Source of the DNA: Dehalococcoidia bacterium | GTDB taxonomy: Bacteria > Chloroflexota > Dehalococcoidia > UBA2979 | Length of the DNA: 64,000 nt | NCBI GenBank assembly: GCA_963692775.1 | Contig: OY839116.1 | Location: 1,701,601 to 1,765,600 of the forward strand | Direction of reading: 5' to 3' | Part shown: positions 42,296 through 52,426 of the stretch, piece after piece | How positions within the stretch are numbered: position 1 is the first letter of the stretch | Layout of the letters: the number at the start of each line of letters is the position of its first letter | Notes under the pieces: model-generated | What the model was told of the DNA's origin: nothing | The model's database searches: none | Seen by the model: the letters and a program-made list of their open reading frames with translations, nothing else | Position numbers and translations under genes: made by a program

Positions 42296-43225
42296 GTGTC
42301 GAACGACCAGACCATTGGAAGAGAAACATGTGCAAGCGGATGGGTGATCGTCCGCGGCTCCGACCAAGCGAGAGAAATGGCACGCGCGGCTGTCGGCGAG
42401 ACTTGGCGTACAGCGTGGGAGTTATCGGTCCTGACGTTGGCCACGGATGCGCCGGTGTGGGCCGAATACCCCCACAACGCCGCTTGGGGCTGGCTCGCGA
42501 GTGCACGCGGACGTGAGCGAGTCCACCCCATCGCCGTTGAGGCTCGTAAGCGCGATGGCGAGTGGGAATACCGCGCGAGTGGACCCGCGAAGCCCCTGCC
42601 GCGCGGCCGAGCGCTCGTAGCGGCTGTCAGGCGCAGGCTCGACTTTGCCATCGATTGTCTTGAAGCCAGATGCGAAGGCGGCGCGCATCCAGGTGGTCAT
42701 ACAAGGGCCGCGATCAAAGCCGTACCCACCATTGAGGCGGCTCGCACATGGCTGGCCGAGAACGAAGGAGACTCGCTCGACCAGCAGGACGACGATTCCG
42801 CCTCGGGTGAGCACGGCCCGCCGCGACAGCACGATCAAGCGCGGAAGGACGCGGTCGAGGATTGGGCGATGGATGAGGCTGTCCGGTACTTCGCAGCGCA
42901 AGGTTGGCGCCCTGATGATGTTTCAGATCAAGGGTTGGGCTACGACATCCGATTCGCCCGTGGCGGAGTGGAGCGCCATGTTGAGGTAAAGGGCACTACC
43001 GCCAGCGGTGCTCAAGTGCACCTCTTTCACACCCAAGTCGAGCATGCCCGCGAGTGCGCCGATGCAGCGCTCTTTGTGCAGGCTCGCATCGAGGTGTCGT
43101 ATGACGACGATGGAATCCCTGTCGCCGCTGGTGGGGTGAGCATGGTTTTCGATCCCTGGATCATCGACGATGGCGAACTGGCTTCCCTCGCCTACTCGTA
43201 CCGTCTGCCGCAGCGAGAGAGCTGA
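42296..43225 (+). CDS. DUF3883-domain PD-(D/E)XK nuclease-like protein (lower GC)
   Basis: AAGGAGG RBS + GTG; VE..AM...DVS...GYDI...HVEVKGT. Confidence 0.8.
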   Translation: MSNDQTIGRETCASGWVIVRGSDQAREMARAAVGETWRTAWELSVLTLATDAPVWAEYPHNAAWGWLASARGRERVHPIAVEARKRDGEWEYRASGPAKPLPRGRALVAAVRRRLDFAIDCLEARCEGGAHPGGHTRAAIKAVPTIEAARTWLAENEGDSLDQQDDDSASGEHGPPRQHDQARKDAVEDWAMDEAVRYFAAQGWRPDDVSDQGLGYDIRFARGGVERHVEVKGTTASGAQVHLFHTQVEHARECADAALFVQARIEVSYDDDGIPVAAGGVSMVFDPWIIDDGELASLAYSYRLPQRES

Positions 43226-43330
43226 CCGGCGGTAGCCGCAGCCGTACGAGGTGAACTCCATCGCGGATCGGCATTACTGTTCAGTGGGGGCGAATCGAAG
43301 ATGCTGCCCGCAGTTATCACTCGTTGCCGC

Positions 43331-43510
43331 TCATAGCAGCTCGTCCCAAGGCGTGCCAATGCGCATGCCTCGCAACGACGCGTATAGGGTGTCGTACGCC
43401 TGCGCTTGGTCGTTTGCGTCTTCCCCTTCGCCAGAGCATGAAGCTGTGAGCGTCACTGCCAACGCAACGGCGACGGTACCGACTAGAAGTCGTATAGCCT
43501 GCACGGCCAT
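43331..43510 (-). pseudogene. Short or truncated lipoprotein
   Basis: MAVQAIRLLVGTVAVALAVTLTASC lipobox, stop after 59 aa, further stops downstream. Confidence 0.45.
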
Positions 43511-43563
43511 CCTAGGGCTTCTCCGTCAAAAGGGTCAGCATAAACGCGGGGGCTCCCGGAACC

Positions 43564-44067
43564 TTACAACAGGCGCGGCGCCCTCGGCGCGTCTTCGATG
43601 AGGGAGCCGTCCTTGAGCAGGTGGCGGATGCGGGCGCCGCGCGCGAGCAGGGCGGGGGCGAGGAGCAGCGTGCGGTGGCAGCGCTCGGGCGCGCCCTCGG
43701 AGCACATGATCGCCGTCGGCGTCGCCCTGGCGGCGGCGATCAGGCGCTCGATCGCTTCGAGGAAGGGCGGGTGCTGGGCCATCCGCTCGTAGTCGGGCCC
43801 ACCGTCCGCCGTACGCAGGGCCGGGTCCTCGGGGCGTCCGCCGAGCGCGGGCTCCCACTGGTAGGGGATGCCCGCCGCCTCGGAGGCGGCCTCGATGCTC
43901 TTGCGGTTGAACTGCGGGTGCCAGCGGCTGTAAGGCGTCGAGCGCACGTCGACGAGCCGCCCGACACCCGCGACCCGCAGGTTGCCGATCAGCGTGTCGA
44001 GCGCGAGGTTGCCGTGGCCGACCGTCAGGATCTGTGGTGCGGCGTGTGGCATCGGCTCGCGCGTCAC
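43564..44067 (-). CDS. DUF488 family protein
   Basis: TVGHG, LVDVRSTPYSR..PQFN, LGGRP, MCSE..P..CHR. Confidence 0.9.
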   Translation of the reverse strand: MTREPMPHAAPQILTVGHGNLALDTLIGNLRVAGVGRLVDVRSTPYSRWHPQFNRKSIEAASEAAGIPYQWEPALGGRPEDPALRTADGGPDYERMAQHPPFLEAIERLIAAARATPTAIMCSEGAPERCHRTLLLAPALLARGARIRHLLKDGSLIEDAPRAPRLL

Positions 44068-45965
44068 CCGGCCCGGATCTGGCGCACCAGCGTGGCGGCC
44101 ACCTCGTAGCGACCGAACGAGGGCATGACGTAGACGCCGGAGACCCAGTCGAGGGCGCGCGCCTCCTCGATCTGCTCGGTCGCGATCTCCAGGCCGGCGT
44201 CGGCGCCCGCCTCGCCCGCCGCGCGCATCCGCTCGCGGATGGCGTCGGGGATGATCACGCCCTCCAGCTCGTTGTGGATGAACTCCGTGTGGCGCGAGGA
44301 CATCAGCGGCAGGATGCCGAGCAGCACCGGCGCCTCGACCGCGCCGAGGCGCTCGAAGAACTGCTCGAGCGTCGCGAGGTCGTAGACGGGCTGCGTCATC
44401 AGCAGGTCCGTGCCCGCGTCCAGCTTCGCGCGCACGCGGCCCAGCTCGACGGGGATGTCGCCCGCCGTCGGGTTTGCCGCGCTGGCGATCAGGAAGTCGG
44501 TGGGGCGGCCGAGCGAGTTGCCGGCGACGTCGACGCCCTCGTTGAGGCGCTTGAGGATGCGGATGAAGCCGATCGCGTCCACGTCCCAGACCGCCGAGGA
44601 CTGCGAGGCCTCGGGCGGCGGGTCGCCGGTGAGCGCGATCACGTTGCGCACGCCCAGCGCGTGCGCGCCCAACAGGTCGGCCTGCAGCGCCATCAGGTTC
44701 CGGTCGCGCGTGGTCTGGTGGATGATCGTCTCGATCCCCGCCGCGCGCTGGATCTCGACCGCGAGGGCGAGCGCGCTCATCCGTACGCGCGCCATGGGCG
44801 AGTCGCCGATGTTGATCGCGTCGGCCCCCGCCTCGCGCAGCAGGCGCGCGCCCTCGACGGCCTTGCGCGGGTTGATGCCGCGCGGCGGGTCGATCTCGAC
44901 CGAGACGACGTAGGCGCCGGCGGCGAGCTTGTCGCGCAGCCGCACTGTCTCGCCGTCCGGCTCCGCGTCCGCCCCGTCGGCGGGCTCGTCGGCTGCGGGG
45001 AGCCCGGTGTCGAGGCCGCCGCCGCGCGTGTCGGTGACGGCGAGGGGTACGGCCCCGCCCTCGGAAGCGCCGTCCGCGGCGTCGGCGCCCGCGCCGTCGA
45101 GCGCCGCGCGCATCGCGCGGATGTGCTCCGGCGTGGCGCCGCAGCAGCCGCCGATGACGGCGGCGCTGAGATCCTTGGCGCGCAGCGCGAAGTTCGCGAG
45201 GTAGTCGGGCGAGGATGGGTAGATCGGCCGCCCGCCGGTGATGCGCGGCAGCCCGGCGTTGGGCTTGACGAACAGCGGCGCCTCGATGCCCGCGGCCGCC
45301 AGCTCCTGCAGGATGTCGAGCGTCGCGCGCGGCCCGACGCCGCAGTTGACGCCGACCACGTCCGCGCCGCCCCCGGCCGCGAGCAGCTCGGCGACCTCGC
45401 GAGGCGACTCGCCCGCCGGCGTCGTCAGCGCCGCGACGAAGTCGAGCGCGGCGATCACCGGCAGGTCCGTGACGGCGCGCACCGCCTCGAGGGCGATCCG
45501 CACCTCCTCGAGCGAGGGGTAGGTCTCCAGCACGATCAGGTCGACGCCGCCCTCGACGAGCGCGCCGACCTGCTCGCGCACGGCCTCGCCCGCCGCCCGC
45601 GGCGTGACGCTACCGACGGCGAGATCGCGCCCGAAGGGGCTGACGGAGCCGCCGATGAAGGCGGGCGCGCCGATGATCTCGCGGGCGTCGCGGGCGATCC
45701 GCGCGGCCTGGAAGTTCACGTCGCGCACGCGCTCGCCGTAGCCGTGGCGCGCCAGCTGGATGCGCGTCGCCTCGAAGGTGGCGGTGAGGATCAGGTCGGC
45801 GCCGGCGCGCAGGTACTCCTCGTGCAGCGCGCGCACGCGGTCCGGGTCCTCGAGTACGGCGAGCGGGCCGTGGCCGCGCCAGCCGCGCTCGTGCAGCACC
45901 GTGCCGGTCGCCCCGTCGGCGAGCAGCACGCGCTCACGAATCGCCTCGATGAAGGGATGGGCCAC
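44064..45965 (-). CDS. yitJ: Bifunctional homocysteine S-methyltransferase / methylenetetrahydrofolate reductase
   Basis: DGATGT, GVNCG.GP, PNAGLP, GGCCG; then DSPMARVRMS, RDRNL.ALQ, TGDPP, TQPVYD. Confidence 0.92.
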   Translation of the reverse strand: MAHPFIEAIRERVLLADGATGTVLHERGWRGHGPLAVLEDPDRVRALHEEYLRAGADLILTATFEATRIQLARHGYGERVRDVNFQAARIARDAREIIGAPAFIGGSVSPFGRDLAVGSVTPRAAGEAVREQVGALVEGGVDLIVLETYPSLEEVRIALEAVRAVTDLPVIAALDFVAALTTPAGESPREVAELLAAGGGADVVGVNCGVGPRATLDILQELAAAGIEAPLFVKPNAGLPRITGGRPIYPSSPDYLANFALRAKDLSAAVIGGCCGATPEHIRAMRAALDGAGADAADGASEGGAVPLAVTDTRGGGLDTGLPAADEPADGADAEPDGETVRLRDKLAAGAYVVSVEIDPPRGINPRKAVEGARLLREAGADAINIGDSPMARVRMSALALAVEIQRAAGIETIIHQTTRDRNLMALQADLLGAHALGVRNVIALTGDPPPEASQSSAVWDVDAIGFIRILKRLNEGVDVAGNSLGRPTDFLIASAANPTAGDIPVELGRVRAKLDAGTDLLMTQPVYDLATLEQFFERLGAVEAPVLLGILPLMSSRHTEFIHNELEGVIIPDAIRERMRAAGEAGADAGLEIATEQIEEARALDWVSGVYVMPSFGRYEVAATLVRQIRAG

Positions 45966-46038
45966 GGGAAGTCCTGTCCGCCGTCCTGTCCGCGGTCCGC
46001 TCAGCCGCCGCGCCCGCCCGCGGTCGCCGGGCGGCGGC

Positions 46039-46494
46039 TCAGCTGACGGCCGCCCGCTCCTCGAGCAGGCTCTCGATCTGCCGATAGTCGGCGTCCGAGA
46101 TCTTGTGCAGGTTGCCGCGGAAGGCCATGCCGAGCTTCTTCGGGCCGAAGTTGCGCGTCTTGTCGAGCAGGTCCGTGATCTCGCGCACCTCCACGTAGTC
46201 GCCCGGCTCCGGGATCACGAGCGGCTTCGTCTGCACGCGGTAGGGGAAGCTCTCGACCTCGCCCTTCGACTCCGAGTGCAGCCCGATGTCCGTCTCGTCC
46301 TCGAAGGCTTGCGAGGTGATCTCGGCGATGCCGCCGAACTGCACGACCTTCGTGAGGTAGAAGACGAGCTTGTCGCCGGGTTGCATCTCCGAGCTCTGCT
46401 TGCGGCGCGAGGACTTGAAGGCTGCGAGGTCGAAGCCGCGCTCGCGCAGCAGCTCGAAGTTCTCGGCGGAGCCGACGGCGATCCATGCCTGCAT
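46039..46494 (-). CDS. EVE domain protein
   Basis: WI....NF...MQPGDKLVFY...FGG...FPYRV...IS..DY. Confidence 0.85.
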   Translation of the reverse strand: MQAWIAVGSAENFELLRERGFDLAAFKSSRRKQSSEMQPGDKLVFYLTKVVQFGGIAEITSQAFEDETDIGLHSESKGEVESFPYRVQTKPLVIPEPGDYVEVREITDLLDKTRNFGPKKLGMAFRGNLHKISDADYRQIESLLEERAAVS

Positions 46495-46644
46495 CTGTTG
46501 CTCCTTCGCTGGTCACGCCCTCGACAGGCGGTCCTGGGCTGTGGGTCTCAGGATAGCGCGCGACGGCGCGCACACGCCCGCAGTGGCGTTGCCGATCGCT
46601 CGATGCGTGTCCCGAGGCCCCCGCCTGGGCGCCCGGCGTCGCGC

Positions 46645-47040
46645 CTAGCTGCAGGCGCGGGGCGTGCCCTGCGGCTGGCCGGACGCGGCCTGGAAGGACG
46701 AGCCGCAGGCGCAGGCCGCGGTGGCGTTCGGGTTGTAGATCGTGAACCCGGACTTCATCAGGTCCTCGACGTAGTCGACCTCGGCGCCGTGCAGCATCGG
46801 GACCGACTCCTCGTCGACGAGGATGCGCACGCCCTCGGCGGCGTGGATCTCGGTGTCGTCCGGCTCGACCTCCTTCGCGAGGGCCATGCCGTACTGCCAG
46901 CCGGAGCAGCCGCCGCCGACGACGAAGACGCGCAGCGCGGCGTCCGGCAGCTCCTTCTCGACGAGCAGGTCGCGCGCCTTCTCGGCGGCGCGGTCGGTGA
47001 TCGTCACGAGGCTGCTGATCGGTTCGAACGTGGTGGTCAT
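46645..47040 (-). CDS. HesB/IscA Fe-S cluster assembly accessory protein
   Basis: GGGCSG.QY, NPNA...CACGSSF. Confidence 0.93.
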   Translation of the reverse strand: MTTTFEPISSLVTITDRAAEKARDLLVEKELPDAALRVFVVGGGCSGWQYGMALAKEVEPDDTEIHAAEGVRILVDEESVPMLHGAEVDYVEDLMKSGFTIYNPNATAACACGSSFQAASGQPQGTPRACS

Positions 47041-47261
47041 CACATCCCCCGGATCTTCCTGAGGAACATGATAGCACCTCCGCTCCATCTCCCCTCGCGG
47101 GAGGAGAAGGAGGCGCTCCCGTGCGGTCCGGCGGCGGGCGTGCGATAATCCGGCTGAACAACGACGCGTGACGTCCATACCTCGCGCGCGCTCCCCAGGC
47201 TCCGGCCGGAGCGCCGCCCGCGAGGACGAATACGACGACACCGCGGGAACGCGGGACCACT

Positions 47262-48602
47262 GTGGCAACCTCCGCGACGGCAACGCTGCCGCTGGCGCAT
47301 CTCTTGCCAGTCACCGCCGCCCTCGGCGAGTCCGGCGCGCTCGCCGTCGGCGGCTGCGACCTGCCCGCCCTCGCGCGCGAGTACGGCACCCCGCTCTACG
47401 TCTACGACCTCGCGACGCTGCAACGGCAGGCGCGCGGCTTCCTCGAGGCGTTCCGCGAGGAGCACGAGGAGACGACCGCGCTCTACGCGGCCAAGGCGTT
47501 CCTCAACCGCCCCTTCGCCCGCCTGATCGCCGCCGAGGGCTACGGCTTCGACGCCGTCTCCGGCGGCGAGCTGGCGGTGATGCTCGCAGCCGGCGTCAAC
47601 CCCGCGACGATCTACCTGCACGGCAACAACAAGTCGCGCGAGGAGTTGCGCGCCGCCGTCGAGGCGGGGGTGGGCCGCGTCGTGATCGACAACCTCGGCG
47701 AGATCGAGTTGCTCGAGGCGGCGGCGGCCGGGGCGGGCGTGCGCCAGCCCGTGCTGCTGCGCGTCTCGCCCGGCGTCGACGCCTACACGCACGAGAAGAC
47801 GACGACCGGCATCCTCGACAGCAAGTTCGGCGTGGCGATCGCCACCGGCGACGCCGAGGAGGCGGTGCGCCGCATCGCGGCTTCGGAACACCTCGACCTG
47901 CGCGGGCTGCACATGCACCTTGGCAGCCCGATCTTCGAGCTGACGCCGTACGAGCGCGGCATCGAGGTGGTCGCCGCCTTCCAGGCGGAGGTCTGCCGCG
48001 ACCGGCTCGGTCTCGACTTCGACGAGCTGTCGGTGGGGGGTGGCTTCGCCATCGGCTACCACGGCGAGCAGGAGCCGCCGCCGCCCGCCGCCTACGCGCG
48101 CGTGGTTTGCGGCACCGTGCGGCGCGAGGCGGACGCGCGCGGCCTGCCGCTGCCGCGGCTGGTGATCGAGCCGGGGCGCTCGCTCGTCGGGCGCGCGGGG
48201 CTCGCCCTCTACAGCGTGGGCGCGCGCAAGGAGATCGAGGGCGTGCGCACCTACGTCTCGGTCGACGGCGGGATGGCGGACAACGTCCGCCCGGCGATGT
48301 ACGGCTCGCGCTACGAGCTGATCTCCGCCGAGCGCCCGACGGCGCCCGCCGAGGAGACCGTGACGATCGCCGGCAAGTACTGCGAGTCCGGCGACCTGCT
48401 GGCGCGCGACATCGAGACGCCGCGGCTGCGCGCCGGCGAGGTCGTCGCGATGCCCGCCGCCGGCGCCTACCAGGTGGCGATGGAGTCGAACTACAACCTC
48501 GCGCTGCGGCCCGCCGTCGTGCTGATCGCGGACGGCGAGGCGCGCCTGCTGCGCCGCCGCCAGACCTTCGAGGATCTGATGGTGCTGGACGTGGACCCAT
48601 GA
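47262..48602 (+). CDS. lysA: Diaminopimelate decarboxylase
   Basis: YGTPLY, YAAKAF, HGNNKS, SKFG, HLGS, EPGRS, GKYCESGD, SNYN. Confidence 0.96.
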   Translation: MATSATATLPLAHLLPVTAALGESGALAVGGCDLPALAREYGTPLYVYDLATLQRQARGFLEAFREEHEETTALYAAKAFLNRPFARLIAAEGYGFDAVSGGELAVMLAAGVNPATIYLHGNNKSREELRAAVEAGVGRVVIDNLGEIELLEAAAAGAGVRQPVLLRVSPGVDAYTHEKTTTGILDSKFGVAIATGDAEEAVRRIAASEHLDLRGLHMHLGSPIFELTPYERGIEVVAAFQAEVCRDRLGLDFDELSVGGGFAIGYHGEQEPPPPAAYARVVCGTVRREADARGLPLPRLVIEPGRSLVGRAGLALYSVGARKEIEGVRTYVSVDGGMADNVRPAMYGSRYELISAERPTAPAEETVTIAGKYCESGDLLARDIETPRLRAGEVVAMPAAGAYQVAMESNYNLALRPAVVLIADGEARLLRRRQTFEDLMVLDVDP

Positions 48603-49723
48603 CAGCCCAGGCTGACGGCGAGGCCGGCGGCGGCGAGGCGCGCTGGGGCGTACGCGGGCTGGAGCAGCCCGTCGCCGAGCTGCGCGCCGCCCTCGCGGCG
48701 GGCCGGCTCGGGCACGCCTGGCTGTTCAGCGGCCCCGACGGCGTGGGCAAGGCGACGCTGGCGCGGCGGCTCGTGCAGGCGCTGCACTGCGAGCAGCGCG
48801 ACGAGGCGGACACCGCGGGCGTCGGTCCCTGCCTCGAATGCCGCGCCTGCACCCGCATCGAGTCCGGCGAGGCGCCCGACGTGGAGCGCATCACGATCGG
48901 CGGGCCCTGCGACGAGGAGGGGCACCGCGACCACGTGGCGGACGGCTCGACGCGGATCCGCATCTGCCAGGCGCGCCGCCTCTCGAAGCTCGCGAACCTC
49001 GCTCCGTTCCACGCCTCGCGCCGCATCTTCATCATCGACACCGCCAACGACCTGCAGACCGAGGCGGCGCAGTCGCTGCTCAAGACGCTGGAGGAGCCGC
49101 CGGGCAGCGCGCTGCTGATCCTGCTGGCCGTCGACCCCGACGAGCTGCTGCCCACGATCCGCTCGCGCTGCCGCGAGCTGACGCTGCGCCCGCTGCCGCG
49201 CGCCGCCCTCGCCGAGGCGCTCGCCGAGGACGTCGACGGCCTCGGCGCGGACGAGGCGCGCGAGCTGGCCGCGCAGGGCCGCGGGCGCTACGGGCTCGCG
49301 TTGCGGCTGCACCGCGATCCCGCACAGCGCCAGCTGCGCGAGACGGCGATCGCCGATCTGCGGAGGCTCTGCGCGGCCTCGCGCAACGAGCGCTTCGACC
49401 ACGCCGGGCGGCTCGCCGGCTCGTGGCGGCGCGAGCGGCAGGCGGTCCTCGAGACGCTCGATGTCTGGCGCTGGTTGTGGCGCGACACGCTGGCGTCCGT
49501 CGCGGACGCGGAGGGCCGCGGCGAGGCCGCGCCGGCCGGGTGCTCGCCTCGCGAGGCGGTGCTGGCGCTGCGCGCCACGGAGCGGACCCGTCGCCATCTG
49601 ATCGAGAACACCAACCCGCAGCTGGCGCTGGAGGTGCTGATGCTGGACCTCCCGCAGCTGCGCTTCGACGAACCGGAGTCAAGCCGAGAGGAGGCCCGTC
49701 CGGCCGCCGCGCCTCCCGCCTGA
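48599..49723 (+). CDS. holB: DNA polymerase III subunit delta'
   Basis: HAWLFSGPDGVGK, Zn Cys cluster, LLKTLEEPP, LPTIRSRC. Confidence 0.92.
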   Translation: MTAQADGEAGGGEARWGVRGLEQPVAELRAALAAGRLGHAWLFSGPDGVGKATLARRLVQALHCEQRDEADTAGVGPCLECRACTRIESGEAPDVERITIGGPCDEEGHRDHVADGSTRIRICQARRLSKLANLAPFHASRRIFIIDTANDLQTEAAQSLLKTLEEPPGSALLILLAVDPDELLPTIRSRCRELTLRPLPRAALAEALAEDVDGLGADEARELAAQGRGRYGLALRLHRDPAQRQLRETAIADLRRLCAASRNERFDHAGRLAGSWRRERQAVLETLDVWRWLWRDTLASVADAEGRGEAAPAGCSPREAVLALRATERTRRHLIENTNPQLALEVLMLDLPQLRFDEPESSREEARPAAAPPA

Positions 49724-49774
49724 GCAGGCTCTCGCCCGCGAGGCAGGGGCCGGCGTCGCGACCGCCGGGACCGC

Positions 49775-50863
49775 ATGGAAGGCATTGTCGGGATCCGTTT
49801 CACCGAGGCGGGGCCGCTGACGTGGTGCAGCGCGGACGACATCGAGCCGGCGCTGGGCGACTACGTGGTCGTCAACCTCGGGCAGGGCGAGCAGCTGGGC
49901 TGGGTGGTGGTCACGCCGGACCAGACGCTGGCCGCCGAGCCCGAGGGCCCGCTGCGCGTCATCGAGCGCCTCGCCACTGGCGAGGACGTGGACGCGTGGC
50001 GCGACAACAAGGAGCGCGCGCTGGAGGACTTACGCCGCGCGCAGGAGCTCGCGACGCGCAATGACCCGCGGGTGCGCGTCGCGAGCCTGACCTACAACCT
50101 CGCGGGCTCGCACTGCCGCATCACCTTCTCCGCGCCGGAGCGCATCCAGCACCGCTGGTTCACGAACATGTGCCGCGATCTGTTCGGCGTCGAGGTCGAG
50201 GTGCGGCAGGTCGGGGACCGCGACCGCGCGAAGTCGCTCGGCGACGTCGGCGTGTGCGGCCTCGCGCTCTGCTGCCGCACCTGGCAGACGACCTTCCCCG
50301 CGATCTCGATGCGGATGGCGAAGGAGCAGGACCTGCCGCCCAACCCGACCAAGATCTCGGGCGTGTGCGGCCGCCTGCTTTGCTGCCTCTCCTACGAGGT
50401 GGACGAGTACCGCCGCCTGCGCGGCACGCTGCCGAAGGTCGGCAAGCGCGTCACCACGCCGGTCGGCCGTGCGCGCGTGATCGCCCATAACACGCTCAAG
50501 GGCCAGGTGCGGATGCGCCTCGACGACAGCGGCGAGGTGATCGAGATGACCGCCGAGGAGCTGTCGAGCCAGTACGGCAACGCCGTCCGCCCCGAGGAGC
50601 TCGAGGGCCAGATCGAGGAGCCGCTGCGGCGGCAAGCTCAACGCCGCAGCGAGGGCCTGGTCGCCACCCTCGAGGCGGTCGACGCACCCGCCCCCGCCCC
50701 CGCCGAGGGCGGGCGGACCGCGGAGCAGCGCCCCGAGCGCGCCGAGGGCGAGGGTGAGAAGCCGACGCGTCGGCGCCGGCGCGGGCGTCGCGGCGGTCGC
50801 AGGCGCAGGCGCGGGTCTGGCGGCGGCGGCCAGAGCGGCTCCGGCGGCGGCGGCCAGAACTAG
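49775..50863 (+). CDS. ricT: PSP1/RicT (YaaT) family protein
   Basis: RQVGDRD.AK..G..GVCG..LCC...MAKEQ...KISGVCGRLLCCLSYE. Confidence 0.9.
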   Translation: MEGIVGIRFTEAGPLTWCSADDIEPALGDYVVVNLGQGEQLGWVVVTPDQTLAAEPEGPLRVIERLATGEDVDAWRDNKERALEDLRRAQELATRNDPRVRVASLTYNLAGSHCRITFSAPERIQHRWFTNMCRDLFGVEVEVRQVGDRDRAKSLGDVGVCGLALCCRTWQTTFPAISMRMAKEQDLPPNPTKISGVCGRLLCCLSYEVDEYRRLRGTLPKVGKRVTTPVGRARVIAHNTLKGQVRMRLDDSGEVIEMTAEELSSQYGNAVRPEELEGQIEEPLRRQAQRRSEGLVATLEAVDAPAPAPAEGGRTAEQRPERAEGEGEKPTRRRRRGRRGGRRRRRGSGGGGQSGSGGGGQN

Positions 50864-50870
50864 CCTCCGC

Positions 50871-50903
50871 CCCCTCTCGCCGAGGGAGAGGGAGGGGGTG
50901 AGG
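50871..50903 (+). repeat. CCCTCTC-GAGAGGG-GGGGTGAGGG repeat copy
   Basis: CCCCTCTCGCCGAGGGAGAGGGAGGGGGTGAGG. Confidence 0.8.
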
Positions 50904-50980
50904 GAGTCCGGGCCACGGTGCGCCAGCGGAGCCTGTTGCGCCATCGGCGCTCTTGGGGGTTCAGCGGTGGGCGGGCGTGC

Positions 50981-51009
50981 CTGGATTCCGGCTTTCGCCG
51001 GAATGACGG
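50981..51009 (+). repeat. REP-like palindrome, copy 2
   Basis: Identical to 18840-18868. Confidence 0.9.
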
Positions 51010-51046
51010 GAAGGGGCCGGGATGGCTTCGACGGGGAGGTGGCTCC

Positions 51047-51892
51047 GTGAGCGGACCGCGTGACGACTCCGTGCCCGCGCTCGTCGATGGCGCGTGGCTG
51101 GCGGAGCACCTCGACGACCCGGACGTGCGGGTGCTGCACATCGCCAACGACCGCGCCGAGTACGACGCGGCGCACGTCCGCGGCGCGGTGTACGCCCACG
51201 GCTACGGCGACTTCACCGAGGACCGCGACGGCGTCCGCGCGCTGGTCCCGACCCCGCAGCGCATGGCGGAGAACCTCTCGCGCCTCGGCGTCTCGCCGGA
51301 GCAGCGCATCGTCTGCACGGCGGGCGCGCGCTCGGCGTGGCCGGCGCGGGCCTACTGGGCGCTGCGCTACTACCGCTTCCCGCGCGTGCACCTCGCCGAC
51401 GGCGCGGTGCCGGCGCTGCGCGAGGCAGGCGTGCCGGTCGACGCCGAGGTTCCCGCCGTCAGCCCGACCGACGTCACGCTGCCAGAGCCGGACGCCTCGA
51501 TCCTCGCGCTCGCGGGCGATGTGCTCGAAGCCGCCGAGGGCGGCCCCGCCCGCATCGTCGACTGCCGCTCGGACGGCGAGTGGCTGGGCGAGGCGCACGG
51601 CCACGCCGAGGCGCCGCGCATGGGGCGCATCCCGCGCGCGGTGCACCTCGAGTGGGAGCGCCTGGTGCGCGAGGACGGGCGGCTGCTCCCGCTGGAGCAG
51701 CTGCGCGCGCTGTTCTCGGCGGCGGGCGTCGACGGCTCGGCTGCTGCCTATCCCTACTGCGGCGGCGGCGTGCGCTCCGCGGTCGCCTGGTTCGTGATGT
51801 CCGAGCTGCTCGGCCACGAGCAGGCGCGCAACTACGACGGCTCCTGGTCCGAGTGGGCGGTCCGCGAGGAGCTGCCGATCGAGCGCGGGTAG
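51047..51892 (+). CDS. Tandem rhodanese sulfurtransferase
   Basis: WLAEHLDDP, GRIPRA, YCGGGVRS, YDGSWSEW. Confidence 0.93.
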   Translation: MSGPRDDSVPALVDGAWLAEHLDDPDVRVLHIANDRAEYDAAHVRGAVYAHGYGDFTEDRDGVRALVPTPQRMAENLSRLGVSPEQRIVCTAGARSAWPARAYWALRYYRFPRVHLADGAVPALREAGVPVDAEVPAVSPTDVTLPEPDASILALAGDVLEAAEGGPARIVDCRSDGEWLGEAHGHAEAPRMGRIPRAVHLEWERLVREDGRLLPLEQLRALFSAAGVDGSAAAYPYCGGGVRSAVAWFVMSELLGHEQARNYDGSWSEWAVREELPIERG

Positions 51893-51901
51893 CGCGGGCG
51901 G

Positions 51902-52426
51902 CTACGCCGAGGCGACAGTCGCCTCGATCTGCTCGACGTGGCTGCGCAGGTGCGCGCTCGCGCCGCGCACCTGCTGGACGATCGAGCGCCGCCCCATCAG
52001 CGGGTGCAGCCCGGCCCGGCCCCACGAGGAGTCCGGGACGTGCTTCAGCAGCTCCACCGTCCCGCCGATCGCGTCCGCGAACAGCGTGCTCAACTCCTCG
52101 GGATCCCGTGACTCCCAGTCCTCCTGCTCGGCGACGGCGGCGTCGTCCGTCATGGGCAGCACGGGATCCGTCATGTGCGCCATGCGGTCGAGCTGGTCGT
52201 GGAGGACGCGCGCGTAGGCGATCATGTGGCCGAGCGTGCGCAGCGCGGACCACTCGCCCTCGGCGGGCGCGTTGCGCAGCGAGGCGCCGTTACGGTCGGC
52301 GATCAGCGCCTGGACCTCGCCGGCGATCTGGGTGAGGGCGTCGGCGTCCGGCAGGTAGCGGCGCACCGCCCCCGTGACGAAGTCGATGCGGTTCTGCACC
52401 AGGATGCGGTCGTCGCCCGTCGTCAT
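51902..52426 (-). CDS. DinB family protein
   Basis: EGEWS....GHM...W.R.G.H...H...H. Confidence 0.8.
   Translation of the reverse strand: MTTGDDRILVQNRIDFVTGAVRRYLPDADALTQIAGEVQALIADRNGASLRNAPAEGEWSALRTLGHMIAYARVLHDQLDRMAHMTDPVLPMTDDAAVAEQEDWESRDPEELSTLFADAIGGTVELLKHVPDSSWGRAGLHPLMGRRSIVQQVRGASAHLRSHVEQIEATVASA

Noticed and set aside
43331-43333. UGA in the small lipoprotein as a second selenocysteine
   Set aside because: No redox motif, and a TAA follows soon after in frame
46645-47040. HesB-like selenoprotein possibility
   Set aside because: All conserved positions are Cys codons; no in-frame UGA
47168-49723. 851-aa ORF suggesting an extended HolB
   Set aside because: The N-terminal part overlaps lysA out of frame; holB starts at the ATGA overlap at 48599
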